NCBI GenBank assembly: GCA_035513055.1
Contig: DATKCT010000149.1
Coordinates: 63,845-127,844 of the forward strand
Source of the DNA: Verrucomicrobiales bacterium
Lineage (GTDB): Bacteria; Verrucomicrobiota; Verrucomicrobiia; Verrucomicrobiales; DEV007
Direction: 5' to 3'
Length of the DNA stretch: 64,000 bases
Shown here: in pieces, positions 27,809 to 37,784 of the stretch
Layout of the letters: the number at the start of each line of letters is the position of its first letter
How positions within the stretch are numbered: position 1 is the first letter of the stretch
Translations under genes and position numbers: made by a program
The notes under the pieces: model-generated
What the model saw: the letters and a program-made list of their open reading frames with translations, nothing else
Databases searched by the model: none
What the model was told of the DNA's origin: nothing

Positions 27809-30068
27809 ACACGAATTCGTTCAAATTGAAAAGAAGGCGGCACGCCGCAGGCAGACCGAAACGCCGGGCGTAATCCGCCAATTCGTCGAGTTCAGCGGCC
27901 TCCGGCGACCGGCCACAGCAGCGTTGCCAAAGCCACTTCACTTGTTCCTCGATCCCGAAGCGCTCCGAAGCCGCCCGCCGCGCTGCCTGCTCGGACACCG
28001 CCAGGAGAAACCGGTCGTTCATCAGGGCCAAGGCCTGCAACGGACCCGCCGATTGCTCGCGTTGGGCCACTGACAACGACGGATCCGCACAATCCAACAC
28101 TTGCATCCAAGGCTGTGGTTGCGAGCGCACCGTGAAACGATAGACGGCTCGGCGATGCAGCGCCGGATCTCCCGGATCGGCGCGATCGTAGACGTAGTGG
28201 GGACTGTGCTCGGGCTTCTCCACGGCAAAATCCTGGAACCCAGGTCCGTACATCCGGTGGTCCAGGCCTTGCGCCGTCCACAACAGGCTGTCTCGCACCG
28301 CTTCCGCCTCGAGCCTGCGCCGGTTCATCCTCCACAACAGGCGATTGGAAACGTCCACGCGTTCCGCCGCAGGATTGCCGGCGGAATCTTGGAGGTAGAC
28401 GCCGCTCGTGCAAATCAGCCGGTGCAGGCGTTTCCACGATCCTCCACTGTCCCGGAACTCGACGGCCAGCCAATCCAACAGCTCCGGATGCGTCGGAGCG
28501 CCGCCTAACCGGCCGAAATCGTTCGGCGTATCGACCAGTCCCTGGCCGAAATGGTGCAACCAGATCCGGTTCACGATGCTGCGCCATGTCAGCGGATTGT
28601 CCTTCCGTATGATCCACTCCGCCAAAGCCGCGCGCCGATCGCCTTCCCGGCGTCCGGGCCCCAGCGGAAACGCCGCCGCCACACCGGGTATCAGCCCCAC
28701 GGCGCCGGGAACCGCCACGGGTCCGGGACGCGTCACGTCGCCCCGGACCAGGACCCTGATGGGACGCGGCTCTCCGTTGACGTGTCCCCGGCCCAAGAAC
28801 GCTCCGCTCCCCGTATACACCGTTCCCGCATAAACCATCTCTTGCGGTGGAAGCGCCGCTGCCGCGGTATTCAACCGCGCGATCTCCGATTCGATCTCGT
28901 CCCGGGCCGCCAGCAATTCGGGTCCCGCCGCCGCGCGAAGCAGACTCTCCTGTTCTTCGCGCAACCTCTCTAGCAGCGTCACATCGTCTTCACCGGCATC
29001 CGGGACCTGCTCTGGGATTGGGGAAGCCTCCCTTCCCTCGCCTGTTTCCGGCGAAGTCGCCATCGCCGCGGCAATACGCGCTTCCATCCCGGCAATCCGC
29101 ATTTCCAAAGCCAGCAGCTCAGGCGTCTTCTGCCTCGCCAGCGCCATTTCGATCTCCTTCCGCCTGATTTCTCTCGCCTCACTCTGCTCCCGAATGAGCC
29201 GGCGTTGTCGCGCCAGCTCCGGATCCGGATCCCAGGGACGATCCGCACGATCCAAAGCCGCGAACACGGCCTGCAGACCGTAGTATTCCTTCATGCTCAC
29301 GGGGTCCCGCTTGTGATCGTGACAGCGCGCGCATTGCACTGTCAGACTGGAAAAGGTGTTCATCGTCGACGCGACCATGTCGTCGCGATCCAAATTGCGG
29401 GCCACCATGCCGTCGCGTTTCTCTTCCGGAACCTCCGCGTGCCCGATGAAATCCCAGGGACCGGCGGCGATGAATCCCGTCGCCGCCACGGCATCGGGGT
29501 CGTCCGGCCACAACACGTCCCCAGCCAGTTGTTCCTGAACGAAGCGTGAATAGGGCTTATCCGCATTGAGCGACCGGATGACCAGATCTCGATAGGGCCA
29601 GGCGTTGGGTCTCGGCTTGTCCTTGTCGTATCCGTGCGTGTCGGCGTAGTGGGCGACGTCCAGCCAATGCCGGGCCCAGCGCTCGCCGTAGCGGGGCGAC
29701 GCCAGCAACCGGTCCACCAACCGCTCCCAGGAGCCCGGCTGCAAATCGCTCACAAACGCTTCCGTCTCCCCGGGTTCCGGCGGGAGCCCAGTCAAATCGT
29801 AGGAGAGCCTCCGAATGAGCACCCGGCGGCTGGCCTCCGGAGAGAACCCCAGTCCCTCCGCTTCGAGTCGAGCCAAGACGAAAGCATCGACCGGAGTCCT
29901 CACCCGCGCAGCATGCTGGGGACTCACCGCCGGCGGCTCCGGCCGCGCCAACGGCCGCCACGACCACCAGCCGGAGTCCGCCTCAGAGCCTTCCACCGGC
30001 CCGGCGGCGCCAGCCACTGCCAGAGCCAGCGCCATCCATCCAAAGCCGGTAACGTTCGGGCGAATCAT
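27798..30068 (-). CDS. DUF1549/DUF1553 (PSD1) domain protein
   Basis: The ATG at 30068 gives a signal-like MIRPNVTGFGWMALALAVAGAAG. PVDAFVLARLE (DUF1549), RWARHWLDVAHYADTHGYDKD, CARCHDHKRDP (DUF1553) and the C-terminal NEFVFVD. Overlaps the downstream DUF1501 start by 11 nt. Confidence 0.85.
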   Translation of the reverse strand: MIRPNVTGFGWMALALAVAGAAGPVEGSEADSGWWSWRPLARPEPPAVSPQHAARVRTPVDAFVLARLEAEGLGFSPEASRRVLIRRLSYDLTGLPPEPGETEAFVSDLQPGSWERLVDRLLASPRYGERWARHWLDVAHYADTHGYDKDKPRPNAWPYRDLVIRSLNADKPYSRFVQEQLAGDVLWPDDPDAVAATGFIAAGPWDFIGHAEVPEEKRDGMVARNLDRDDMVASTMNTFSSLTVQCARCHDHKRDPVSMKEYYGLQAVFAALDRADRPWDPDPELARQRRLIREQSEAREIRRKEIEMALARQKTPELLALEMRIAGMEARIAAAMATSPETGEGREASPIPEQVPDAGEDDVTLLERLREEQESLLRAAAGPELLAARDEIESEIARLNTAAAALPPQEMVYAGTVYTGSGAFLGRGHVNGEPRPIRVLVRGDVTRPGPVAVPGAVGLIPGVAAAFPLGPGRREGDRRAALAEWIIRKDNPLTWRSIVNRIWLHHFGQGLVDTPNDFGRLGGAPTHPELLDWLAVEFRDSGGSWKRLHRLICTSGVYLQDSAGNPAAERVDVSNRLLWRMNRRRLEAEAVRDSLLWTAQGLDHRMYGPGFQDFAVEKPEHSPHYVYDRADPGDPALHRRAVYRFTVRSQPQPWMQVLDCADPSLSVAQREQSAGPLQALALMNDRFLLAVSEQAARRAASERFGIEEQVKWLWQRCCGRSPEAAELDELADYARRFGLPAACRLLFNLNEFVFVD

Positions 30069-30236
30069 TGATCTCGGGCGCAGGCATCTTCGGGTGCGCT
30101 CCCCGCTATTCGTAACACTCGATCCCGCCGGAGAAAAGTCCAAGCAACCTGTTCCGGGCGACGCCGGCGCCCGCAGCTCGAAAAATTACGGCCTCCCGTT
30201 GGACCGGCGCCTCCTCTCAAGGCATGCTCCCACAAC

Positions 30237-30458
30237 ATGAACGCCCAGCAACTCCAGAACCGCCTCCGCTCTTCCTCCCCGCCCCTTCTGCTCCACGTGC
30301 TGCCGGAGGAGATCTTTTCCGCTCAACGCATCGCGGGATCCCAGAACGCCTGCGTTTACGAAACAGCTTTCCTCAACCATGTTGCCCGGCTAGCCCCACA
30401 AAAACATCAGGACATCGTCGTTTATGGCGCGGGGACAGGATCTCTCGACTGCCCCTAA
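30237..30458 (+). CDS. Rhodanese-homology domain protein, apparently C-terminally truncated and lacking the active-site Cys
   Basis: LLLHVLPEEIFSAQRIAGSQNACV...DIVVYGAGTGS follows the rhodanese fold pattern. The position of the usual CxxGxR loop reads YGAGTGS, and the ORF stops 6 aa later. Confidence 0.45.
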   Translation: MNAQQLQNRLRSSSPPLLLHVLPEEIFSAQRIAGSQNACVYETAFLNHVARLAPQKHQDIVVYGAGTGSLDCP

Positions 30459-30688
30459 CGTCAACAAATCGAATCCGCCGTCCCCAGAGCGCCTTCTGCG
30501 GCATAGCCGCACCGGGCTATTCCCAAGGGCTATGCTCAAAGTCTGAAGCGCCGGAGTTGCGCTCCGGATTGAGAGCGCCTCCGCCGCGACTGTCCTTGAG
30601 GGCGTTCGCCTCTCCTCGTCCACAGAACCTGTGGCGGCAAACCTTTTGCTTGCACGACAGCCCAGTTGGTCTAAAACTGCCCAACGGG

Positions 30689-31093
30689 ATGATGAACGCT
30701 ATGCTCAGAATGCTGATGGTTGTCATGCTCCTCGCGATCGGATTGGAGCGCGGGTGTGGTGAAGAAGTCGATATCACGACGATGCGGGCGGTGCCGCCTG
30801 GCAATTACCTTTGCAACTTGCGGATCCATGGAAAAGAGGAGCTTCTCAATTTTGAGGTGAAGGGAACAGAGCTGCTCTGTGTGAATGCAAAGGAAAAGGG
30901 AATGATCGGTCTACGGGGGAAAACGCATTGGATCGGCAACGGCGTCTTCATGACGCGCCTGGAGGGGGGCGATTACGTGGCGACTCAGTTCTGGGTATTC
31001 AGCAAAGATGGAACCGCCGTGATCAAGGAAGTTCCCGACCGGGGTGAAAAGCAGAGAGCCGTGCCGGTGACAGGCGAGACTCTGGATAAGTGA
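30689..31093 (+). CDS. Small hypothetical secreted protein
   Basis: The ATG at 30689 gives MMNAMLRMLMVVMLLAIGLERGCG (signal-like) followed by a mixed-composition body of about 110 aa. I recognise no family. Confidence 0.45.
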   Translation: MMNAMLRMLMVVMLLAIGLERGCGEEVDITTMRAVPPGNYLCNLRIHGKEELLNFEVKGTELLCVNAKEKGMIGLRGKTHWIGNGVFMTRLEGGDYVATQFWVFSKDGTAVIKEVPDRGEKQRAVPVTGETLDK

Positions 31094-31356
31094 TCTTCGA
31101 CAAGATTACTACACGCGCAACGAAGCCGAGTCCCTGTCTGCACACGGGGAATGCTTTCGCATTTACGAAGGACGAAAAGCCGAACTGACTCGCCTGCCGG
31201 CGCTCGACCCGCCGTCCAACGAGCTGCTGGCGTGGTTGGATTGACAACGGTGAGATGGTTTACCATGAGTCTCCGTTTCGGGCTGGCGCGCGGCCGTCGA
31301 CGGTCTACACTTTCAGGCTCCGGCCGGGTCCCGAAGGGGGGGGCGGCGAGACATCA

Positions 31357-32631
31357 ATGAGAAGGATGAAACAGTCCGGTAAAAGAGGAATGCCGCGAAG
31401 GTGGCGATTGGCGATGGTCGCGGCCGCGATCTCGACAGCGGGGGCGACGGTTAACGGCGACGCAGAAAAGACGGTGTTTCGCGACGGAGATCTCGTGGTC
31501 CTGCTTGGCGCCGCGTTCATCGAACAGGAGCAGGCGTCGGGGCACGTGGAAACTCTACTGACGATTCAACATCCGGGAATCGATTTGCGCTTCCGGAACC
31601 TGGGTTGGAGCGGAGATACCGTCTACGCCCATGCCCGTTCCTATTTTGACGGGCGGTCCTTCACGGAGAAATGGATCGAGAATCCCCCGGAGGAGGGTTT
31701 CGAGCGTCTGCGGGCTCAGCTCGCCGAACTCAAACCCACCCTGGTGGTCTGCTGCTACGGTGCGGTGGCGGCCTTTGACGGCGAAGCTGGATTGCCGGTG
31801 TTTCGCAAAGGGTACGCGCGCATGTTGGACATGGTGAGGGACAGCACCGGAGCGCGTGTGACGCTGGTTTCCCCTCCGCCTTTCGAGAATGTGGGGCCGC
31901 CCCTGCCGGATCACGGGGAAACGAACCGAATTCTGGGATTGTGTCGCGATGCGTCGCGGGAGCTGGCGCAAGAGAGAGGACTGGGCTGGGCGGACCTGTT
32001 TGAGGCCTTGGGCGAGGGTCAGGCAACGCCTGAGAACGGCCGCTTCACGCACAACGGGCTGCTTTTCCACGAGCCCGGATATGCCCGGGTGGCGCCGGTG
32101 CTCGCGGGGTTGCTCGGTTGTCCACCCGTTCCGGCGACGGTGGATGCCGATGTGGCGCGTGGTGAAATTGCATTCGGCGGGGCAACGGCCCGCGAGATCG
32201 AACTCCGGGAGGATTCGATCCGGTTCGAGCTGACGGCGCCGGCCTTGCCGGGATCACCCATGGGAGGCGCGACCCGGCAGTTGCGCGTGCGGTCGCTGAG
32301 TCCGGGCGAGTACCGCGTCCTGGTCGACGGCGCGAATCTCATGACCGTGACGGCGGAACATCTGGAACGAGGCATTGAAGTCGCGACGGGTCCGGAGTTC
32401 GACCAAGCGGAGCGCCTGCGTCAGGTGGTGGTGGAAAAGAACCGCCTTTATTTTCACCGGTGGCGTCCACAGAACGAGACCTACTTGTTTGGATTCCGGA
32501 AACACGAACAAGGGCAAAACGCTGCGGAAGTCCCGCAGTTTGACCCCCTGGTGCGGGAGCGGGAGGCGTTGATCGCCGGTTTGAACCGGCCGCGAACGCA
32601 TCGCTGGGTAGTCGAACCCGCGTCACGATGA
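31357..32631 (+). CDS. SGNH/GDSL-fold-like protein with a C-terminal beta-rich domain, partner of the PVC-type heme protein
   Basis: Signal-like N-terminus (RRWRLAMVAAAISTAGA). DLVVLLGAAFIEQEQ sits where SGNH block I belongs, NLGWSGDTV resembles block II, and FTHNGLLFHEPGY resembles block V. The stop overlaps the next gene's start (32628-32631). Confidence 0.65.
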   Translation: MRRMKQSGKRGMPRRWRLAMVAAAISTAGATVNGDAEKTVFRDGDLVVLLGAAFIEQEQASGHVETLLTIQHPGIDLRFRNLGWSGDTVYAHARSYFDGRSFTEKWIENPPEEGFERLRAQLAELKPTLVVCCYGAVAAFDGEAGLPVFRKGYARMLDMVRDSTGARVTLVSPPPFENVGPPLPDHGETNRILGLCRDASRELAQERGLGWADLFEALGEGQATPENGRFTHNGLLFHEPGYARVAPVLAGLLGCPPVPATVDADVARGEIAFGGATAREIELREDSIRFELTAPALPGSPMGGATRQLRVRSLSPGEYRVLVDGANLMTVTAEHLERGIEVATGPEFDQAERLRQVVVEKNRLYFHRWRPQNETYLFGFRKHEQGQNAAEVPQFDPLVREREALIAGLNRPRTHRWVVEPASR

Positions 32632-35600
32632 ATTTGAGCAGGCCAGAATCGATGAGAAGGGTTTTCGGAAGCACGATGGCGGTGTGGCTAGCGACGGCCG
32701 GGCTGAGCTGGACGCAGCGCGATCTCAGGGAAATCCCGGATACCGATCCGGAAGTCGAACGCCGTTCCTTTCAAGTGGCCGGCGGCATGGAGATCGAGCT
32801 GTTTGCAGCGGAGCCGCTGATCGCCAAGCCGGTGCAAATGAACTGGGACGAACGCGGGCGCCTGTGGGTGGTAAGCAGCCGTTTGTATCCGCAGATCAGC
32901 CCTGGGCGAGAAGCGGACGATGAAATCGTGGTGCTCGAGGATACGGACGGCGACGGAAAAGCGGACCAGCGGACGGTGTTCGCGGAGGGACTCTTGATCC
33001 CGACCGGGGTGATGCCCGGCGACGGCGGAGCTTACGTGGCCAACAGCACCGAGATTCTGTTTCTCCGGGATACGGATGGGGACGGAAAAGCGGACGAGCG
33101 GCGCGTGGTGTTGAGCGGGTTCGGGACGGAAGATACGCATCATATCATTCACACCTTTCGCGGCGGGCCGGAAGGGATGCTGTATTTCAACCAATCGATC
33201 TACATTCATAGTCATGTCGAGACGCCTTGGGGTGTGCGCCGGTTAGGAGGAGGCGGAATCTGGCATTACCGCCCGGAATCGGAAAGGCTCGAAGTGTTCT
33301 GCAAGGGCTTTGTCAATTCTTGGGGCCACGTGTTCGACCGCTGGGGACAGTCGTTCGCCACGGACGGCGCCTACGGGGAGGGCATCAACTATGTGTTTCC
33401 CGGTTCGATTTTTGTGAGTTCACCGGACGCGGCGCGGATCCTCCGGGGGCTCAATCCCGGCCAACCCAAGCACTGTGGATTGGAGATCTTGAGCGGGCGG
33501 CATCTGCCGGAGGCGTGGAACGGCTCGCTGGCGACCAACGATTTTCGCGGGCACCGCGTCAATCGCTTTTCCCTGAGCGAGGCGGGGAGCGGCTATGCCT
33601 CGAAGCAGGAGGAGGATTTGATTCGCACGACGCACGGGGCGTTCCGGCCGGTCGACGTGCGGATGGGTCCGGACGGAGCCATCTACATCGCGGACTGGTA
33701 CAATCCGATCATTCAGCACGGAGAAGTCGATTTCCGCGACCCGCGGCGCGATCATGTGCATGGCAGGATTTGGCGCCTGCGATTTCAGGACAGGCCGCTG
33801 GTGAAGCTTCCGGATCTGGCGCAGGCAGGCGCGGCGGAATTGTTGGAACGGCTGCGCGATCCGGAAGATTGGACGCGGCACTTTGCCAAGCGGCGTCTGC
33901 GCGAGTTGGGAAAGGAGGCGGTCTTGCCGGCGCTGCGAGCTTGGGTAGAGAATCTGGATGAGCCGGCGGCGGAGTATTGGGGGGAACTTCTGGAAGCGCA
34001 CTGGGTCTTCGAGGGTTTGAATGTCTTGGACGAAGATGTGCTTCGGAAACTTTTGACGTCGCCGGATCACCGGGTCCGGGCGGCAGGAGTGCGAACTCTC
34101 TATCACCGTCACAGCGAGACCGGCGAAGCGCTCGGGCTCTTGGGCGCCGCGGTGCGGGACGCGCATGCCCGGGTGAGATTAGAGGCGGTCAACGCGCTGC
34201 GACAGTTAGGAACAGCGGAAGCCGTGGAGCTGGCCATGGAAGCGCTGGATGCGGAGGTGGACGAAAACCTCGACTTCGCCTTGTGGCTCACCGCGCGAAG
34301 CCTGGCCGAAGTCTGGATCGATCCCTATCTGGCGGGCGGCTTGGATTTCGGCGGACAGAGGGACCGGATTCTGTTCGCGCTGCGCGCGGTCGAGGACGCG
34401 CGGGCGGTATCGCCGTTATTGGAGGAGATCCAGCAGGCCGGGCAGGAGAGTCCCGAAGTTGTGGAAATGGCTTCCGTGATCGCGGATTACGGGACGCCGG
34501 AGCAACTCGGCGCGCTCTATGGATCCGCCGCGGCACAGGGCTGGCCGAGGGTGTTGAAGGAATTGGAAAGGGCCGCCGCAGCGAACCGGCCGGCGCCGTC
34601 CGTCGCGGCGGAGGCGGTCGAGCGTCTCTTAGAATCTCGGGATCCGATGATGGCGACGGCGGCAGCGCGGTTAGCCGGAGCATGGTCCATGGAGATGCTG
34701 CGGCCGCGCTTGGAATCTCTGGTTTCCGAGTCCCAATCGCCGGCATTGCGCGACGCCGCGGTGGAAGGCCTGGCCGCGCTGGGGGGCGAGCGGAGCCGTC
34801 ATTTTTTCGCGAAGCTGGCAAGTGAGGCGGGGAGTTGGAACTTGCGGGCAGCAGCAGCCGGGGGTCTGATCCGGGTGGACGTGAAACGCGGAGCGGCGGC
34901 GGTGGCGGCCGCGCTCGGGGAGGCCGAGGAAGCCGATGGGGTCGAGGAATTGTTGGAAGGAGTGTTGCGCAAGGGAGATGCGCCGGCGGCCTTGGCCAGC
35001 GCGCTTGAAGGCATACGACTCGAGCAAGCCGTGGCGGCGGCTGCGTTGCGGCGAGTGGAAACGAGCGGGACGCCGGGCGGCGGGCTTGCCGAAGCCCTGC
35101 AACAGGCCGGAGAACTGCAGCCCATGGCGCAACAGGTTTCGCCCGAAGCCATGGCGGAGTTATTGGAAGAGGTGCGGGCGTCGGGAGATCCTGGCCGCGG
35201 CGAATGGGTTTACCGGAGGGAAGCGCTGCAATGCGCGGTTTGCCACGCCATCGGAGGAGCCGGTGGAGTCCTGGGCCCGGACTTGATCAGCATCGGTTCG
35301 AGCGCGCAGGCGGACTACATCGTGGAGGCGCTCCTCGATCCTAACCGGGCGATCAAGGAAGGTTATCACATGACGGTTTTGCACTTGGCCGGGGGGGACG
35401 TGCGGGCGGGCATGATCGTGCGAGAGGATCCCAACGAACTGGTGCTGCGGGATCCGGCGGGACGCGAGGAACGTCTATCCGCGGGGCAGGTGCTTCAGCG
35501 CGAGATCACTCCGGTGTCGATGATGCCGCCGGGCCTGACGGCCTCGTTGCGCCGAGATGAGTTTGTAGATCTGACCGCTTTTCTTTCGGAGTTAGGCCGG

Positions 35601-36068
35601 GAAGGCCCTTTCCGCGTGCCGGCGCGTCCGGTGGTGCGCCGTTGGGAGACGGCGCAGGGCGGGGACGAGGCGAACGGGGTGGTAAGGCAGCTTGGGGTCA
35701 AGGCCTTTGCCCAAGGCGACGGGCGGCTGAGTTGGAAACCGGCCTACAGCACGGTGGCGGGCAAGCTGCCGCTGGAGGAGCTTGACAAAATTTGGGGATA
35801 CCAGAACGAGTTTTCCGTACTCCGATTCGCCTTGGAGATCGCCTCCCCAGGAGAAGTGACGTTGGGGTTTCCCAATCCGGAGGGTCTGCAGTTTTGGGTG
35901 GATGGCGTGGAACAGACTGCGGAAAGGAAGCTGGTGTTGACCTTGGAAACGGGCCGGCGCGAAGTCACCGTGGCGGTGGACCGCGCGGTGCGATCTGAGC
36001 CCATGGAAATAGAACTGTTGGAGTCCGGGCCCGAAGGCGGCTCAGCGAGCTTTGTCGTCGGTCCGTGA
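32628..36068 (+). CDS. PVC-type heme-binding CxxCH protein (membrane-bound dehydrogenase-like beta-propeller + HEAT repeats + cytochrome c domain)
   Basis: 1146 aa. N-terminal FELFAAEPLIAKPVQMNWDERGRLWV and repeated DTDGDGKAD. A HEAT-like central region. CAVCHAIGGAGGVLGPDL is the c-type heme site, with MPPGL downstream. Confidence 0.85.
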   Translation: MNLSRPESMRRVFGSTMAVWLATAGLSWTQRDLREIPDTDPEVERRSFQVAGGMEIELFAAEPLIAKPVQMNWDERGRLWVVSSRLYPQISPGREADDEIVVLEDTDGDGKADQRTVFAEGLLIPTGVMPGDGGAYVANSTEILFLRDTDGDGKADERRVVLSGFGTEDTHHIIHTFRGGPEGMLYFNQSIYIHSHVETPWGVRRLGGGGIWHYRPESERLEVFCKGFVNSWGHVFDRWGQSFATDGAYGEGINYVFPGSIFVSSPDAARILRGLNPGQPKHCGLEILSGRHLPEAWNGSLATNDFRGHRVNRFSLSEAGSGYASKQEEDLIRTTHGAFRPVDVRMGPDGAIYIADWYNPIIQHGEVDFRDPRRDHVHGRIWRLRFQDRPLVKLPDLAQAGAAELLERLRDPEDWTRHFAKRRLRELGKEAVLPALRAWVENLDEPAAEYWGELLEAHWVFEGLNVLDEDVLRKLLTSPDHRVRAAGVRTLYHRHSETGEALGLLGAAVRDAHARVRLEAVNALRQLGTAEAVELAMEALDAEVDENLDFALWLTARSLAEVWIDPYLAGGLDFGGQRDRILFALRAVEDARAVSPLLEEIQQAGQESPEVVEMASVIADYGTPEQLGALYGSAAAQGWPRVLKELERAAAANRPAPSVAAEAVERLLESRDPMMATAAARLAGAWSMEMLRPRLESLVSESQSPALRDAAVEGLAALGGERSRHFFAKLASEAGSWNLRAAAAGGLIRVDVKRGAAAVAAALGEAEEADGVEELLEGVLRKGDAPAALASALEGIRLEQAVAAAALRRVETSGTPGGGLAEALQQAGELQPMAQQVSPEAMAELLEEVRASGDPGRGEWVYRREALQCAVCHAIGGAGGVLGPDLISIGSSAQADYIVEALLDPNRAIKEGYHMTVLHLAGGDVRAGMIVREDPNELVLRDPAGREERLSAGQVLQREITPVSMMPPGLTASLRRDEFVDLTAFLSELGREGPFRVPARPVVRRWETAQGGDEANGVVRQLGVKAFAQGDGRLSWKPAYSTVAGKLPLEELDKIWGYQNEFSVLRFALEIASPGEVTLGFPNPEGLQFWVDGVEQTAERKLVLTLETGRREVTVAVDRAVRSEPMEIELLESGPEGGSASFVVGP

Positions 36069-36331
36069 AGCGCGAGGGTCCGGACCCGAAAACGCAGCGC
36101 GGCACATTGCTAATCAGCAATTGGATGCGCGCGGGTCGAGCAGGCGCATCCGCTCGCGATGCGCGGGGGAAGACACAGTACAGGCCGAGTTAGCAGGTCT
36201 TTCCGAGCCCTCGATGAACGCTTCGATGCGGAACTGGCCGCTCACCTTCGGATTGGAATCAATCGGCGCTTCTCGTTTGTCTCGGTTTCTGCTAATCTAT
36301 ACCTGGCTGGCCTGCCTTACGCCCGCTCATC

Positions 36332-37744
36332 ATGGCTCATCAGTTCCATCCAACGTCAATTCGAAGGCGCCGCACCCGCCGTGAATTGCTGCGGGCCGGG
36401 GCGCTGGGATTGTTCGGACTGTCGACTCCCGACTTGTTGAAGGGCCGGGAGGGAGCACTTGTTCCGAGCAATGCATCAGGCTTCGGACGCGCGAAATCCT
36501 GCATTGTGCTGTTCATGTGGGGCGGGCCGGCGCATCAGGACACCTGGGATTTGAAACCCGATGCTCCGCAGGAAGTGCGCGGGGAGTTCCGCCCCATTTC
36601 CACAAATGTCCCGGGCATACAAATCTGCGAACACTTTCCCCTCCTCGCCCGGCGCACAGACAAGCTCTGCCTGGTGCGCTCCATGACCCACAACAACGGC
36701 GATCACACCGCATCGACGCACTACCTTCTCACAGGCGAACCGCCTCCCCGTGAGACCGGGAAGAGGGCCCAATGGCCACACATCGGCGCGGTGCTTTCCG
36801 CCGTGGGGCGCGGGCAAGGGCCGCTCCCGCACTTTGTCTCCATGCGCCCGAAACTTCCGAACGAGGTGCCGCGTTTTGTCGAACAAAGCCAGGGCCAGTT
36901 TGCCGGCTGGCTCGGACCGCTGCACGATCCGCTGACCATCGACGCCGACCCCAGCCTGCCCGGATACAGGATCGGCGAGATGACCTTGCACCCGGAGATT
37001 TCGTTAGAACGGCTGGAAGAGCGAGTTCATCTCCTGGCGGATCTCGATCGCCGGTTGGATGGATTCAGCCCGCACTTTGCCGCACTCGACCAGAACCATC
37101 GCCGCGCTTTCGAATTGCTGACTTCGGCGGGGACCCAGCGCGGGGCGTTCAACCTCAGCGAGGAACCGCTGGCTCTCCGCGAACGGTACGGCCTCAATCC
37201 GCACGGGCAATCCGTGTTGCAAGCGCGCCGGCTGGTCGAGCGCGGAGTGTCTCTCGTTACGGTGTTCTGGCCCAACGACGGCATCAAGAACGTCAGCGTT
37301 TATTGGGACACGCACAGCAAGAATTTCATTGATCTCAAGACGCGCTTGATGCCGGTGGCGGACCAGGCTTTTGCCGCCTTGTTGGATGATCTGCAAGAAC
37401 GCGGAATGCTGGACGAAACGCTCGTCATCTGGACCGGTGAATTCGGCCGCAATCCTCGAGTCGGTCAACGGTCCAGCGACGCAGGAGCGGGCGGAGACGG
37501 GCGCGACCACTGGGCCGGTTGCTTCACGTCCGTGCTGGCGGGCGGCGGCGTAAAGGGCGGACATGTTTATGGGCGCAGCGACGCGCAAGCGGCCTTTCCG
37601 GTGGAAGATCCCGTCACACCGCGCGACTTGATCGCCACTGTGTATCACCTGCTAGGAGTTCCGGAGGACCAGGTCCTCACAGATGCTGAAGGCCGGCCGC
37701 ATTTCGTCCGGCCGGGCAAAGCTGTGACAGACCTAATCGCGTAG
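36332..37744 (+). CDS. DUF1501 domain protein (Tat signal)
   Basis: RRRRTRRELLRAGALGLFG, FMWGGPAHQDTWDLKP, GRDHWAGCFTSVLAGGGVKGG and DLIATVYHLLGV. Confidence 0.9.
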   Translation: MAHQFHPTSIRRRRTRRELLRAGALGLFGLSTPDLLKGREGALVPSNASGFGRAKSCIVLFMWGGPAHQDTWDLKPDAPQEVRGEFRPISTNVPGIQICEHFPLLARRTDKLCLVRSMTHNNGDHTASTHYLLTGEPPPRETGKRAQWPHIGAVLSAVGRGQGPLPHFVSMRPKLPNEVPRFVEQSQGQFAGWLGPLHDPLTIDADPSLPGYRIGEMTLHPEISLERLEERVHLLADLDRRLDGFSPHFAALDQNHRRAFELLTSAGTQRGAFNLSEEPLALRERYGLNPHGQSVLQARRLVERGVSLVTVFWPNDGIKNVSVYWDTHSKNFIDLKTRLMPVADQAFAALLDDLQERGMLDETLVIWTGEFGRNPRVGQRSSDAGAGGDGRDHWAGCFTSVLAGGGVKGGHVYGRSDAQAAFPVEDPVTPRDLIATVYHLLGVPEDQVLTDAEGRPHFVRPGKAVTDLIA

Positions 37745-37784
37745 CCTCGGCGGACAGGGATTAGGAGAAAACCGGACTCGCAGA

